A stretch of 64,000 nucleotides of DNA from Macrostomum lignano (Eukaryota). The notes under the pieces were generated by a model. It ran no database searches and was not told where the DNA came from. It saw only the letters and a list, made by a program, of their open reading frames with translations. Below, one piece after another: positions 22,587 to 47,240 of this stretch. Location of the stretch: the NCBI GenBank assembly GCA_002269645.1, contig NIVC01000340.1, forward strand, positions 124,001-188,000, in the 5' to 3' direction. Within the stretch, counting starts at the first letter, position 1. Each line of letters opens with the position of its first letter. A program made the position numbers and the translations under genes.

Positions 22587-24303
22587 TGGAATGCGCTGGA
22601 AATGTTTTACCGCAGTAACTTAGTGTGCCAAGAAAATATGATAAGGAATAGTTTAGCCATATACGGCCTAACTATCCTTACGTAAAGCTAACAACGTAGA
22701 TGTGTACTCTACAATTCCTATCCGAATTTCCATTTCTATACGAAAGGACGTGCGGTAACACATCAAGTACTATACGCATCAGCTGTCAAGTCAAAGTCAA
22801 AATCTGAGTCAGCGATCAAAGTCAACCTGAACGAAATGTCGTAGCAAACATAGATCTAAGGCAGCCCTCATATGTATACACTGGCACAAAAATTTTGAAA
22901 GAAACGTAGTAGGGTAAGAAGCTAACATCACCTCCTGGATCAAAAAAAGCACTTAGGGTAGTCAAAAGGAAACTAGGGAATTATAGTGACCTTCACGGGA
23001 TCAATCAAGTAGGTCTTCATTTGATGAGACAGATAGATAGATAGCCCCTGTCGACTGCTTCAATTGTATGATGTAATCTAAAGTTGTCCTATTTATGAAA
23101 GAAAAGAACACTTTTTAGTAATAATCCGTGCACAGTTTACGCAAATACACATGTATAAATAAATAAATATATATATTTCCAATGGGTATTGTAAACAGTA
23201 CAATAAATAGAAATGGCATAATCAACAAAACTTTCTGCCAACATTGATGCCCAGTGGCATCTGGTTCATAGATTCGGGTACAGAAGTAAACAACAGGCAC
23301 ATGTCCACTCGGCAGTCTTTTCCGAGGTATTTGAGCCGCAGTCCGCGTTTTGCTTCTCCCGGTCCGTATTTGAGCCTTGTGCGCTGAAAACTGACATGAA
23401 AGGGGACGGAAATGGCATAAAAATGGATCTTTTTCCCCGGGTATATTATATTTTAAAACACGTGAACTTCACTTCAAGTGAACTCCCTCATCCGGATTTT
23501 GTCCGGTTCACTATCCGGGATTTTATCACTGTAAGACGGATTCACAGCCGGATAAAAAACCGGATCAACTCCGGGTAGAAAGCTATGATTTATCCGACTT
23601 TCATCTGCTTCTTATTCTGGTTGGCAGTCCGGTTTTCATCCGCTGATCGACCGGAGCAGGAATCGGACACAATCCGGATAAAATGTAACCAATAAAAACA
23701 CTTTAATCCGGTTTTGCTCTGGAGTTTCCTCCGTTTGTTAGTCCGGTAAGAACTGCCAATCAAAACCGGATAAAAATTCATTTTCGTCCAGAAAAGTCTA
23801 AAATTACGGATTAAACCGGATGAAGGCCGGGTAAATACCGGGTACCGACAGCCAGGCGGGTATAACAAAATGGAGTGGCCATGGGACCATTTCCCCTGGT
23901 TTGTAATTAAGGAAGGAGGATTATTAAGGTTAACTGTTTTTTTCAACTTTGAATATAGTAATTAATTATATAGTAGTAGTAGGTTTTATAATTTTTGATA
24001 TATATCAATTAAGATAAACAATGTTAGTAGAATAAGATCTTAAAATTCAATGTTGCTGGCTATAGAAAAAATACTTTTCAAAATGCAAATTACTAAGCTA
24101 CTAGTTTTAGTATTTATATTAAAGTTCTCTTTAGTAAAAAAGCAAGATGCCCTAAATGTTGTTCTTTTTCCAATTTTTTACTTTATAAGGCCATATATGA
24201 GTACTAGTCCTGAATTTTTTCTACATTAAATAAATAAATATGTAAACTCTGAATTAACAATGAATAATTTTGTATTTCAGAATTTTGGAAAAATAGTAAT
24301 TCA

Positions 24304-36502
<12,199 letters not shown>

Positions 36503-36574
36503 TTATCTGTTTTGCAAGATCTCAAGACAACTGAGTTTGGCGTAACAGCTCCAAATAATGTTTGAATGTACATG

Positions 36575-36960
36575 CTGCATAGTATATATGTACTTTTAAT
36601 AATCTCAGTTTGCTTTTAGTAAGTCTAAATGTACTTTTTAATTTTAGAATCTAGTGGTCCCTTGTACTTTAAGTGCTTTAAGTGTGCTGCCTGCAGTCTA
36701 AATCTATTTTTGTCTACGAGTAAGAAGAGGTTTACTTCTAGTAGTCTAGATGTACTTTTAATAGTTTATGTACTTTTGCTAGTCTTCTTGTACTTTAGTA
36801 GCATAAGTGTACTTTCGTGGTCTATTTCTACTTATACTCGTAGGAGCATGCATGTACTTTTAATAATCTAATTTGTACTTCTTGTGGTTTAAATGTACTT
36901 TTAATAATCCAATGGTATTTCTAGTAGTCTAAATGTAATTTTAATAGTCTACGTGTACTT
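36575..36960. repeat. Degenerate repeat of ATGTACTTTTAATA(A/G)TCT 3' of smo
   Basis: Motif recurs at irregular spacing. Confidence 0.7.
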
Positions 36961-38029
36961 AAACTACCACCAAAAACATAGCATCATGTTAAAGAGTAAA
37001 ACACAGATTATATCGTATTTATAAAGGTGCTTTATAATCAGTTTTGATGTACTTTAAAATAATAGTACAAAAAGTGGCTTTTTGTCGCTTCCCCTCATTT
37101 CTCTGCTGAACTATAATAGCCTCTTATTGACTATTGTACACTGTTTTGGCATTAATGTCAGTATTCATCATTCGTTATTGAATTATGAAATGCTGTTGGT
37201 TTCAACCCGTATTTTTTATTTACAATATTTGAAATTTGAAATTATTCACAATAAGTCTCACCAATACGCTTGACAGACCATCAACTATTTGTAGTATAAT
37301 ATTTTACATAGTGTTATAACTGAACTAAAGTTGTTGTGTGTTCTCTGCAGCATTTATATATTATCTTTTATTTTCAAAAAAGTCCACAATTGATATTGAA
37401 ATGAAAAAAATCTCAAATATAAAACAGTTTTTTATGTTTGTTTAATTTTGTATTTTGAATTTGGCTGCCTTCTAATAAATACAGTTTGCATGCACTCGAT
37501 CAGCTTCCTTTATTGCTTTTTTTGTTTATTTGTTACTGTTTTATTAGCCTTGTCTCGGTGCCATCACCGGTTATGGAAAAATATAGATTGGTTATTAATG
37601 CTCTACATTAGCTACCTAATGTAATTTATAGTTGCTATGCATGCTTTGTGTGCTCACAAATTCCTATATCAGATTTACTTTTGCTGTTTTTTCATTCGTG
37701 TCTTTTTATTATATTTGTTTTGTACCAACTCTGTTGCTAATACTTATTAATTAATCAGTTAATTAATGCTTATAATTCAACCAGTTCCATGCCTGGCATT
37801 TTCGATGCAAAAAAATAACTTTGTTTAAATATAAATTTGTTCGTTTTGATGTTTAGGTATATCGGATTGCGACTCGGTTTTATTAAGTCTTTATTTGCTT
37901 TATTTGTTCCTACCTTATCATAGATTCGAATGAGATGGGATTGGGATTATCAAAGATTGGACTAGGATTAAACTTGGAAGAGGATTATCACTAACAGATT
38001 ATCAAATGATATATTTAATGTCTTATAGA

Positions 38030-38295
38030 TCTTGTAAGGTTTCTATAGATCTTTGTGAGGTTTTTATAAATCATTGTGAGATTTCTATAGATCATTGTGA
38101 GATTTCTATAGATCATTGTGAGATTTCTATAGATCATTGTGAGGTTTCTATAGATCATTGTGAGGTTTCTATAGATCTTTGTGAGGCTTCTATAGATCAT
38201 TGTGAGGTTTCTATAGATCACTGTGTGGTTTCTATAGGTCATTGTGAGGTTTTTATAGATCACTCAGGTTTCTATCGATCATTATAAACTCTATA
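38030..38295. repeat. 21-bp minisatellite (TTTCTATAGATCATTGTGAGG) just upstream of the TRIM-NHL gene
   Basis: About 12 copies; 7-aa period in the ORFs. Confidence 0.94.
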
Positions 38296-38396
38296 GATCA
38301 GTGCGCTACAAATTACTTCCGTTAAACTTCATGCAACTCAAGCGTACAACGGACCTGAAGTAAAGCAAACCCAATTAAAAAATACATAGCACAGGA

Positions 38397-38741
38397 ATGG
38401 CCGAAATTTGTCAAGCTAAGAAGCTGCGGCTTGGCAACTCAAGCTCGGCTGCCTCCTCAAGCCGCGGCAACGGCGGCGGTGGCGGCATGTACACCCAGCA
38501 CCGCATGCTGGAGGAGCTCACCAGAAAGTGCACCTGCGCTAAATGCCGCAATCTAGCCGACACGCCCATGGTAACCAAATGCGGCCACTGCCTGTGCGAG
38601 GCGTGCGCTCAGCAGCTGCGCAGCGCGGATGGTGACGCCGCGCAGTGCCCCGAATGCGGCCAGAAGGTCAACGCCGACGAAGTTAAGCGGGACTACGCCA
38701 CTGGCAAACTGTTTAATGCCCTGCAGGTTGGTGGCTTTTAG

Positions 38742-38836
<95 letters not shown>

Positions 38837-38837
38837 G

Positions 38838-38889
<52 letters not shown>

Positions 38890-41800
38890 GTCTGTCGTCT
38901 GTCTGTCTGTCTGTCTATCTGTCTGTTCAGCCATACAAGTGCCGCACCGCCCCCTCTACCAGGTGCTTCGCGAGCACATCCGGTCGCAGTCGTCGCAGCC
39001 CAGTCTGGAGCGGGCCCGCTGCGCCGACTGTCTCGGCCGCACCATCGACTCCAATGACGCATCGGGCGCTGACGGCAACGGAACTGATGAACAGGCGGCT
39101 GCGGCGATGGCTACAGCGGCGGCCATGAAGCGCTGCGAGAGTCTGCACGAGCGGCTCACCCGACTCGCCGACGACGGCGAACGCGTCGACGAGGAGCGTC
39201 GCCGACTTCTGACAGAGGCGGAGACGGAGCTGGCGCAGTGGCGAGACCGGCTCAGCCAGCAGCTCAATGAGCGGCACGCCGAGGCTGCCAGAGAGCTGGA
39301 GAAGGTGAGAGGAGCTCCTATTTCTGAATGACAAAAAATGCCGTTAAATCAATCAGTGGAGAATCACTGCAAAGTTGTCTTAAAAAATCTTCTTTCAAGA
39401 ATCGCCCCTGAAGAATCGCTCATAAGAATCGCCATAAAAATCGCTCCTAAAAATCGCCCTTAAAGAATCGCTTCTGAAGAACCGCCCCGGAAGAATGGCC
39501 TCTGAAAAAGCGCTCCTAAAAACCGCCTTTAAAGGATTACTCCTGAAAATCGCTTCTAAAGAATCGCCCTGGAAGAATCGCCACTGAAGAATTGCCCCTG
39601 AAGAATCGCTCCTGAAAATCGCGTTAAAAGAATCGCTCCTGAAAATCGCTTCTGTAAAATCGCCCTTGAAAAATCGCCCTTGAAAAATTGCCCCTGAAGA
39701 ATCGCCCCTGTAAAATCGCCCCTGAAAAATCGCTTCTGAAGAATCGCCCCGGAAGAATGGCCTCTGAAAAAGCGCTCCTAAAAACCGCCTCTAAAGGATT
39801 ACTCCTAAAATTCGCTTCTAAAGAATCGCCCCGGAAGAATTGCCCCTGAAGAATCGCCACTGAAGAATCGCCCCTGAAGATTCGCCCCTGAAAAATCGCT
39901 CCTGAAAATCGCCCTTGAAAAATCGCCCTTGAAAAATTGCCCCTGTAGAATCGCTCCTAAAAATCGCCCCTGAAGAATCGCCTCTGAAAAATCGCCCCTG
40001 AATAATTGCTTCTCAAGAATCGCTCCTGAAAATCGCATCTGAAGAATCGCCACTAAAGAATCTCCTCTAAAGATTCGCTTTTAAAGAATCGCCCCTTGAA
40101 AATCTCCCCATAATCGCTGTCTGCAGGTTCGCGCAGAGGCGGAGCGCTTGCTCGCCGCCGCTGCCGAGCGCCACTCTCAGGCGCGCTCCGGCGCCACCGA
40201 ACTTCGCCGACTCCTCGACGCCCAATCGGCCATCAAATCGTCGCCGTCCGCGGCTGCCGCGGCCGCTGCCCCCCTGTCCGAGGAGGCCCTCGCCTCCCTC
40301 CGTATGGGCGAGTCGCGCGCAGCCGAACTTCTCGCCCGACTCGTCTCGCCGACTTCATCCGAAGCGGCGGCCGCGGATTTCGAGCTGTCCCGCCGAAGCG
40401 AACCGGACGCGCTGTCGTCGGGATTCGCTGCGCTGCTGGCCCAGGCCGGCGTCGACCTGGTGATCCGGCCGTACCCGGCCGCTAATCAGCCGGAGCTGCG
40501 GCCGGTCCGGCTGCACCGGACTGGCTCGCTGGAGCCCTGGGACTTCGGCCTGCTGGCCAACACCAGCGGCCTGTGGTACACGCCCGACGGCGAGATTCGT
40601 ATGCAGCAGCAAGACGGTGACAGCAGCGGTAGCAGCGGCGAGCATCAGCCACTGCCATCGCCCTGCCTGATTGTCAACTACAAAGGCTTCAAAACGAAAC
40701 GACTGCACGTGTTCGATAGGGAGCTGCGCGAGGTTGCCCGGATCCGATTGGCTATTAAAGATGGCCGATTGCCTGGCACAATATTTGTGTGCGATGAGCG
40801 ACAGCTTATCTTCACGGTGGATCATAGCCGGTGCAAGGTTAGTGTGTTAGCGTTGCCGATATGTATCAAAAACAGATTTTTATGATACTAAAGCTACATG
40901 TAGGTTTAAAATCGATAATTAAGTTGCCGATATGTATCGACAACAGGTTTTTATGATACTTAAGCTACATATAAGTTGAAAATCGATAATTAAGTTGCCG
41001 ATATGTATCGACAACAGGTTTTTATGATACTTAAGCTACATATAAGTTGAAAATCGATAATTAAGTTGCCGATATGTATCGAAAACAGGTTTTTATGATA
41101 CTAAAGCTACATATAAGTTGAAAATCGATATTTACGAGCTAAGTTGTTGAATGTTTCGAAAAACATGCTTTATTTTATTAAAGCTACATGTAGTTTGAAT
41201 TATCAATATTCAATTTTACGATATGTATCGAAAAAAGATTTTATGATACTAAAACAACATGTAGGTTGAATTAAAATGGCCGATAAAGCTACATGCAGTT
41301 TGAAAATCGATATTTCAGTTGCCGATATATATATTGAAAAAATATATTTAGATAGACTAAATATTTAGGAAACTTGTTTTTTTAATTAACGCCGTGGAAA
41401 TGTAATTTTACCATTGCCGATATGTATAGAAAAGTGCTTTAAATATTGAACACACTTATTAGGTCTGCCAATACGACATGACCGGCCGGTTAGTCCGCAA
41501 AGTTGGCGGCAGCGGCACCGGGCCGAGCCAATTCCGTCAGCCAATGAGCGCCTACGTGCACGATGATGTACTCTACGTTGTGGACAGCGACAACAAGCGA
41601 GTGCAGATGTTCCACGTGGAAACTCTGGAGCCGAAGGGCAGCCTCACTCACGACGGCTTTTCCACCGATCTGCACTCGGTTCTGGCGTCGGATAATCGAA
41701 TCGTGGTGACGGATCGGGACCACTCCAAGGCGTTCGTGTTCGATAGACAGAGTCGGGCCCTGCTGCGCGAGGTCGCATTGGAGGGTGAGACTGGGCGATT

Positions 41801-42675
41801 CTCAGTATTGGTGAATGGCAATTCTTAGTATTAGTGAATGGCGATTCTCGGTAGTGGTGAATGGCGATTCTCGGTAGGGGTGAATGGCGATTCTCAGTAT
41901 TAGTGAATGGCGATTCTCAGTAGTGGTGAATGGCGATTCTCGGTAGTGGTGAATGGCGATTCTCAGTAGTAGTGAATGGCGATTCTCAGTAGTAGTGAAT
42001 GGCTATTCTCAGTAGTAGTGAATGGCGATTCTCAGTAGTAGTGAATGGCTATTCTCAGTAGTAGTGAATGGCGATTCTCGGTAGTAGTGAATGGCGATTC
42101 TCAGTAGTAGTGAATGGCGATTCTCAGTAGTAGTGAATGGCTATTCTCAGTAGTAGTGAATGGCGATTCTCAGTAGTGTTGAATGGCGGATCTAAGTAGA
42201 GGTGAATGGCGATTTCAAATCAATCAAAACCAAATCAATCTCTCCCTCAGGCAAGCCGTTCACCCTGACCTCCGACTCCACCGGCAACCTGTTCATCAGC
42301 CTCACTAACGAGCGCAAAGTCCAGATATTTGACGCAGCGATGGCGCACAAGCTGCACTCCGTCACCATTCCTAGAAATCCAAGACGACTCGCCTCTGCGG
42401 CCGGAGACTCTTCGGCTGGCGCTGCGGCCGCCGCCGCCGTCGCCTTCTCCGGCGCCAACGATGAAGACGAAGACGACGACGACGACGAGGACGAAGACGC
42501 TGAGTCGTCCAGCTCCTCGGACAGCGGCCCGGCTGGATTTCTGGCCGGCCTGAGGCTTGGCGGCGCCAGCCGCGGCAAGCCACCATTCATCTACGGGGTG
42601 GCGTTCGACTCTGTCGGCAGGCGGCTGTTCGTGGCGGACACGTTCTGCCACATGCTGCTGGCCTTTCAGTTTTAA
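38397..42675 (+). CDS. RING finger, coiled-coil, six-bladed NHL repeat protein (TRIM-NHL-like E3 ligase), 5 exons, about 709 aa
   Basis: Exons 38397-38726, 38963-39304, 40127-40837, 41463-41784, 42251-42675 (alternative first junction 38730/38931). C3HC4 RING CAKC...KCGHCLCEAC...CPEC; coiled coil; NHL blades such as GSGTGPSQFRQPMSAYVHDDVLYVVDSDNKRVQMF and IYGVAFDSVGRRLFVADT. Confidence 0.88.
38742..38930. repeat. (CTGT)n microsatellite in TRIM-NHL intron 1
   Basis: Direct inspection. Confidence 0.97.
39385..40105. repeat. About 14-bp minisatellite (AAGAATCGCCCCTG) filling TRIM-NHL intron 2
   Basis: Degenerate array that reaches to about 20 nt before the acceptor. Confidence 0.93.
40855..41435. 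repeat. About 70-bp repeat containing CCGATATGTATCGA in TRIM-NHL intron 3
   Basis: Three to four near-identical units, then degenerate units. Confidence 0.88.
41785..42190. repeat. 23-bp minisatellite (GTGAATGGCGATTCTCAGTAGTA) in TRIM-NHL intron 4
   Basis: The first degenerate unit begins at the donor GTGAGA itself; about 17 copies. Confidence 0.94.
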
Positions 42676-43968
42676 AAATGGACCGCGATTGTTTGCGAAT
42701 TGATACTACTTTGCTACTGTAGTAGATACTACTGATGTGGAACGTTGTAGTTGCCTTGACCTTTATCACCCTTATTACGTAATATGTAGCTAGCTCTCTG
42801 TCGCCTGTTTCTAAAGCACCCTGTAAACCCCAATGTTACAGGGAAGTTTAAGGGTTCTTTTCTGTGGAGTAAAGTCTCCAAGGGAAGGTTCTCAATCTCA
42901 TAGTTACGAAGCTGCCATAGAAGATCAGCGGTGCGTGTTGCTGCTTTTTTTAATTTCATTACTATTGTTAGCATACGCTCCTATGGCTATAATACCTTAA
43001 AGTTCTATTCAGGTTTAGCCTTTTAACTTTCTCTTTTATTCAGTTTATCCAGAATGAAGTTCTGCATGCGCAGCAGCGATGATCAGTTTCTAAGAAAATC
43101 AAGTTTTAATTTGGTGCCAAATGGAACCTAAGCCGGAGGCACTCGAACCTATTATATCAACAACCTATTGTAATGTATGCTTCGTGCTGTTTTGTGTCAA
43201 AACAAGCAGTAACAAGTTTGCATGTACTCCCACTGAGTCCCACTGGGATAGAGATTTTTCTGTGTTCAATAATGAGTTTCAGTATATATATATACACTGA
43301 AAAACACAGTTTTAATTAATGAAGATGCTAAAATACTTACTTTTAAGTGACTTGCTTATTTTACTGGAGACTTTATCCTTTCGTGGAAATTGACAAGAGA
43401 TTAAATACGAAGACAAAAAATCGGTATCATAATTTAACATTTTATCCACCACAAGTGCGTCCAAGATATTATTTTTTTAAATACGCACAAAACAGTAAAT
43501 TAGTTGTAAAAGTTATTTAAATCCAGTAATTTGTGTTTTCTTTGAGTTGAGAGGCAAGTCCACAAGTTTCTTCATTCATTAATTAGTAAAGTTAATACAT
43601 TTATTGCCAGCTAAAAACTACACAATGGTGCCAACTATTTTATTCGAAATCTAACACTACAAAAGTGTATCAAGGATGTCAGAATATTGTGCGACAGGAG
43701 AACCACGCATTAGAAAACTAACAAAATTTGAATAAGTTCGGCCTAATTATTAAAAAGGATAGAAAGCAAAATGATTAACAGAAACAGAACAGGATGGTTT
43801 ATTCAAAGCAGTGATCGCAGTTCGCGCTTTTTCATTTTTTTGTACTACTACTAAGTACCTAGTTGCAAGTTCGTTTTGGTAAAGCCTATATATGTCGCTA
43901 AAATAATTATTAGTTATTAGTATTATATAAAGTCCAATTAACTCGATGCTAGAGTCAATCCACGCGAC

Positions 43969-44298
43969 TTACTTGGTGGCCTCTTTCAGATAGGCGATCA
44001 GGTCGGCCCTGTCTTTCTCCTTTTTCAGTCCGGCGAACACCATCTTGGTGCCCGGAATGTACTTCTTGGGGTTGAGCAGGTACTCAAACAGGGTGTCCGG
44101 GCCCCACGTGATGCCTTTGGACTTGTTGGCATCAGTGTAAGAGAAGCCGGGCGCTTGGCCGGTTTTGCGACCAAATAGGCCATTGAGATTCGGGCCGGTC
44201 TTGTGGGCGCCACCCTTCTCAACCGTGTGGCATTGCAGACAGCGCTGGATGAAGATCTTTTTGCCCTTCTCTACATCGCCGTCAGGAATTCCGCCCAT
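43969..44298 (-). CDS. CYCS: Mitochondrial cytochrome c, 109 aa, intronless CDS
   Basis: [10 protein letters not shown], heme motif [25 protein letters not shown]...[25 protein letters not shown]: a typical animal cytochrome c. Confidence 0.98.
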   Translation of the reverse strand: MGGIPDGDVEKGKKIFIQRCLQCHTVEKGGAHKTGPNLNGLFGRKTGQAPGFSYTDANKSKGITWGPDTLFEYLLNPKKYIPGTKMVFAGLKKEKDRADLIAYLKEATK

Positions 44299-44841
44299 TA
44301 TTGTTGAGTGTTTTGATTGGGGTTGTTAGCAGGCAAACATGCAGTTAAATAAAATAGCAGCTGTTAAAAGTTAATTAAATGTTCATAATACAATGCTATA
44401 AAATTATATCATATTTCCATTGATATCTTTGACTCTTAAAGTATTTAAACAGTTAGGTAAATATGTCAGCTAAAAACTTTAGTCACTAAAAAATTCCAAT
44501 GCAAACATAAACAAATATGATTGAGTGAACAAGATTAAATTTGATGAGGCATACAATGACTACTTAAGTGAAAGACACAAAGAACTATGTTTTTAAAAAT
44601 ATATAATAGAGAATACAGGTTTTTATACATCTATTTTATTCACTTGTAGCCGAGTTTTGTGTAACAAAATAGATAACAGAATGGTTTATAAAATCTACAA
44701 CTCATAACGGTGTAGTCAATAACAAGAATTATAATGCACTTCTTAGCACCATGCTTAACCATGCCAGGTACCCACTGACAAAGGTGTGTAGCTTGGTAGC
44801 AAGGTTGCCACACCTGCGCTATTTTAGCGATGCTGTGCTAT

Positions 44842-45009
44842 CATACATGCGCAACCTTGGGAATCACTTGGCCGTTTCTATTGGCAACACATACATGTAA
44901 GTCGCAATTGGCTGAGAGCAGTCATGTGACTACTATTCTGTCCAAAAGCGACTTACTTATGTTGCTAATAGAAACAGCCAAGTGAATCTCAAGGTTGCGC
45001 CCAAGCATG
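44842..45009. mobile_element. Second copy of the hairpin MITE (ends in opposite orientation to 16022-16193)
   Basis: CATACATGCGCAACCTTGGGA...TCAAGGTTGCGCCCAAGCATG; flanks TGTGCTAT / TGCGCTAT form a 7/8 8-bp TSD. Confidence 0.88.
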
Positions 45010-45496
45010 TGCGCTATTTTGTTTCAGCTGCACTATTACCTTTGAAATGCTATCAATTCTGCGCTACATGAGTTATAGTTACATACACTAAGTCAACATT
45101 GTTTGCCTTCCTCTAACTCTAAGTCTAGGCGAAAGTACACACTTTACTTTCTTTAGAATCACATAGAAAGAACTAAAAAGACTGCTAGCAGTCAGTCAGG
45201 GGCTTGCCACTTGGCCTTACCCATCCCTTAGTCTGGTCGGGTTTTGACTGTGTTGTTGCTGATTGGGGCCTTAAAGAATACCCCGAGTTTCAAGCCCTAC
45301 CCTTTCAAAATGGCCAATTTGGCTTGGCGAATACTCAACCCTATACACCCCATGGGTCTGTATTTTATTTCACTTTAAAATCAAGACATGTTATTGATTT
45401 TGAACTAAGTAAACAAGAAAGTGACGGAGTCCAGACAGAGTTGATTCTTGCGTCAAAGACAAGCATAATGCCTCTAAAAGCAAAGCCATGTCAATG

Positions 45497-46760
45497 AGGC
45501 ACAAAATGGGACAATGATTGGCTTCAAGAAAAAGACAACTCTGGCTTTCTAATCTCTAAGTGGTGTCAAAAAGACAAAATTGAGGCAAGGCCTATTGCAG
45601 GGCCTGCTCGAGGTCATTCTTCATAATGCAGCATGGAATCAGTGCGATTTGTCAGCATGCTGATGGACAAAATCACAAAAGTCAAATCTCTGCTATTGGC
45701 CAACAGAAGACTATGACGAGTTTCTTCTCGGTTATGGGTGAAGATCTAGCAAAGCAAGCTGTGAGTTTGGCTACTGTCAGCGAGCAAGCAATGGCGGCCA
45801 ATTTGCATTTTTCAATACTGGTGGCCCAAAAGGATCTTTTGTTCAACCTTGTAGACCAGTTTACATCGCTACTTCTGGTTGCATTTCCGGCTATCGCTTA
45901 GAAATTTGCCTGCTGCAGAACTAAAATGGCATATCTTGTAACGAGGCATTGGCACCATTTGCAAACAAGCAAATGTTTGACCTTCTTTGCAAGTCGCATT
46001 TCTCCATTATGCTGGATGAAGGCACTAAATGTGATCATTCCTACCTAGCGGTACTTGCTATAGTATTCTCCACCAAGCATCAAAATGTCCCAATTGTAAT
46101 AATGGACATCAAAGAGCTGATGGACAGTATTGCTGAAGGAATGAAGACAGTTGTTAAGGAACTACTTTGTGAAGGGAACATACCTGTTAAGCATGTTTTC
46201 TCGGTGATGACTGACTCATACAATGCAATGTGAGGTAAGCCAATTGCAGAAGTAGCTTGTTCAGTTGTATAAATTGTTAGTCTTAATTACCCTATAATAA
46301 TAAGAATGTACTTACAATGAAAATTTATGAGAAACCATGTGCATATTTAGGCTTGTAATTTAGCTAGACAGCTACATGTGCTACTACATGTACATGTCTC
46401 TATTATGTAATACCAACATGCACATTTGCTATTACTACGATCCTACGAGCATTAGTCATTGTCTTATATTTTATAAATAGTATGCTAGTAATAATGTAAT
46501 ACAATTATTCATTAGTTAGCAGTTCTTATTCACAACCTTATTACGAGTATTAAATGTGAATTTCATGATGCCTTCTTAAGTTTTTATTATTAAGCAACTA
46601 TTTATCCAAACATTCCGAATGCTTTCCAATATGTGATGAAGACTTTAGACACTTCTGGCAAGACAGAAGGATTTCTGGATAACATTTATAGCCATTTTTG
46701 GTTTAAAAGTCAACACAAAGCCTTCTAGCAAGTATGTCTCTTGTGCGAACAAAGCTTATT
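45497..46760 (+). pseudogene. Decayed hAT-family transposase
   Basis: Frame-broken segments read W.NDWLQE...KWC, GISAICQHADGQNHK (zinc-finger-like), LHFSILV..DL.F..VD, F.CCRTK...LAP, FSIMLDEGTK (first catalytic Asp), VMTDSYNAM*G (second Asp), NAFQ...EGFLDNIYSHF; in-frame stops and frameshifts. Confidence 0.78.
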
Positions 46761-47240
46761 TCTTGTTTTAAGGATAAGAAAAAATATATATATATTCTAT
46801 CTTTGTGGTACTTTTATCCAACTCCTAGACTTCTCTTGTGCTAAATTTATAAAGATAATAAATCAATCATTGAAAATACAAGCTATAAACCATATAGCAA
46901 ATGAGCAAATTAGAGCAAAATGCATGTTCTTTATCTATTACTATCGCTGATAGTGATATTATAAGTTTGTGGCCCCTGAACTCTATGACTAAATGTACAA
47001 CTTACAAACTTATATTACTCATTTACTTGCTTAGTGACAATAAAATTATAGTTCCTTTTCTAAAATTTTTAACAGTACTACTCATTGCTCTGCCACCCAC
47101 TGTTGCATTTTAGATTTAGACAACACTGAATCTGACTGAGCATGCATTTATCTGCCCGCCGAGTAGAGACCCATTGGCTCTAGGTGCTAATAGTGGTATG
47201 TCATAAACAAAACTTCATATCAATTTTGTTGTGTTTTACT

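Larger units (their letters stand above)
18829..23860. mobile_element. 5.0-kb CMC/CACTA(EnSpm)-like DNA transposon, apparently lacking a transposase, carrying cargo ORFs
   Basis: TA|CCCGCTGGGCTG at 18829 and CAGCCAGGCGGG|TA ending at 23860 (10/12 inverted match, TA on both sides); both ends carry several hundred bp dense in CCGGAT(G/A)AAA / TTTCATCCGG motifs (18850-19310, 23485-23845). Confidence 0.68.

Noticed and set aside
23280-23390. GC-richer segment inside the CMC-like element, possibly a further minus-strand exon
   Set aside because: An acceptor-like site is present, but no convincing frame, donor or homology could be established by eye.
43969-44298. Cytochrome c as a retrocopy or bacterial transfer because its CDS is intronless
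   Set aside because: Intact frame with animal-type sequence; no poly(A) tail or TSD seen; intronless cytochrome c coding regions are not unusual.
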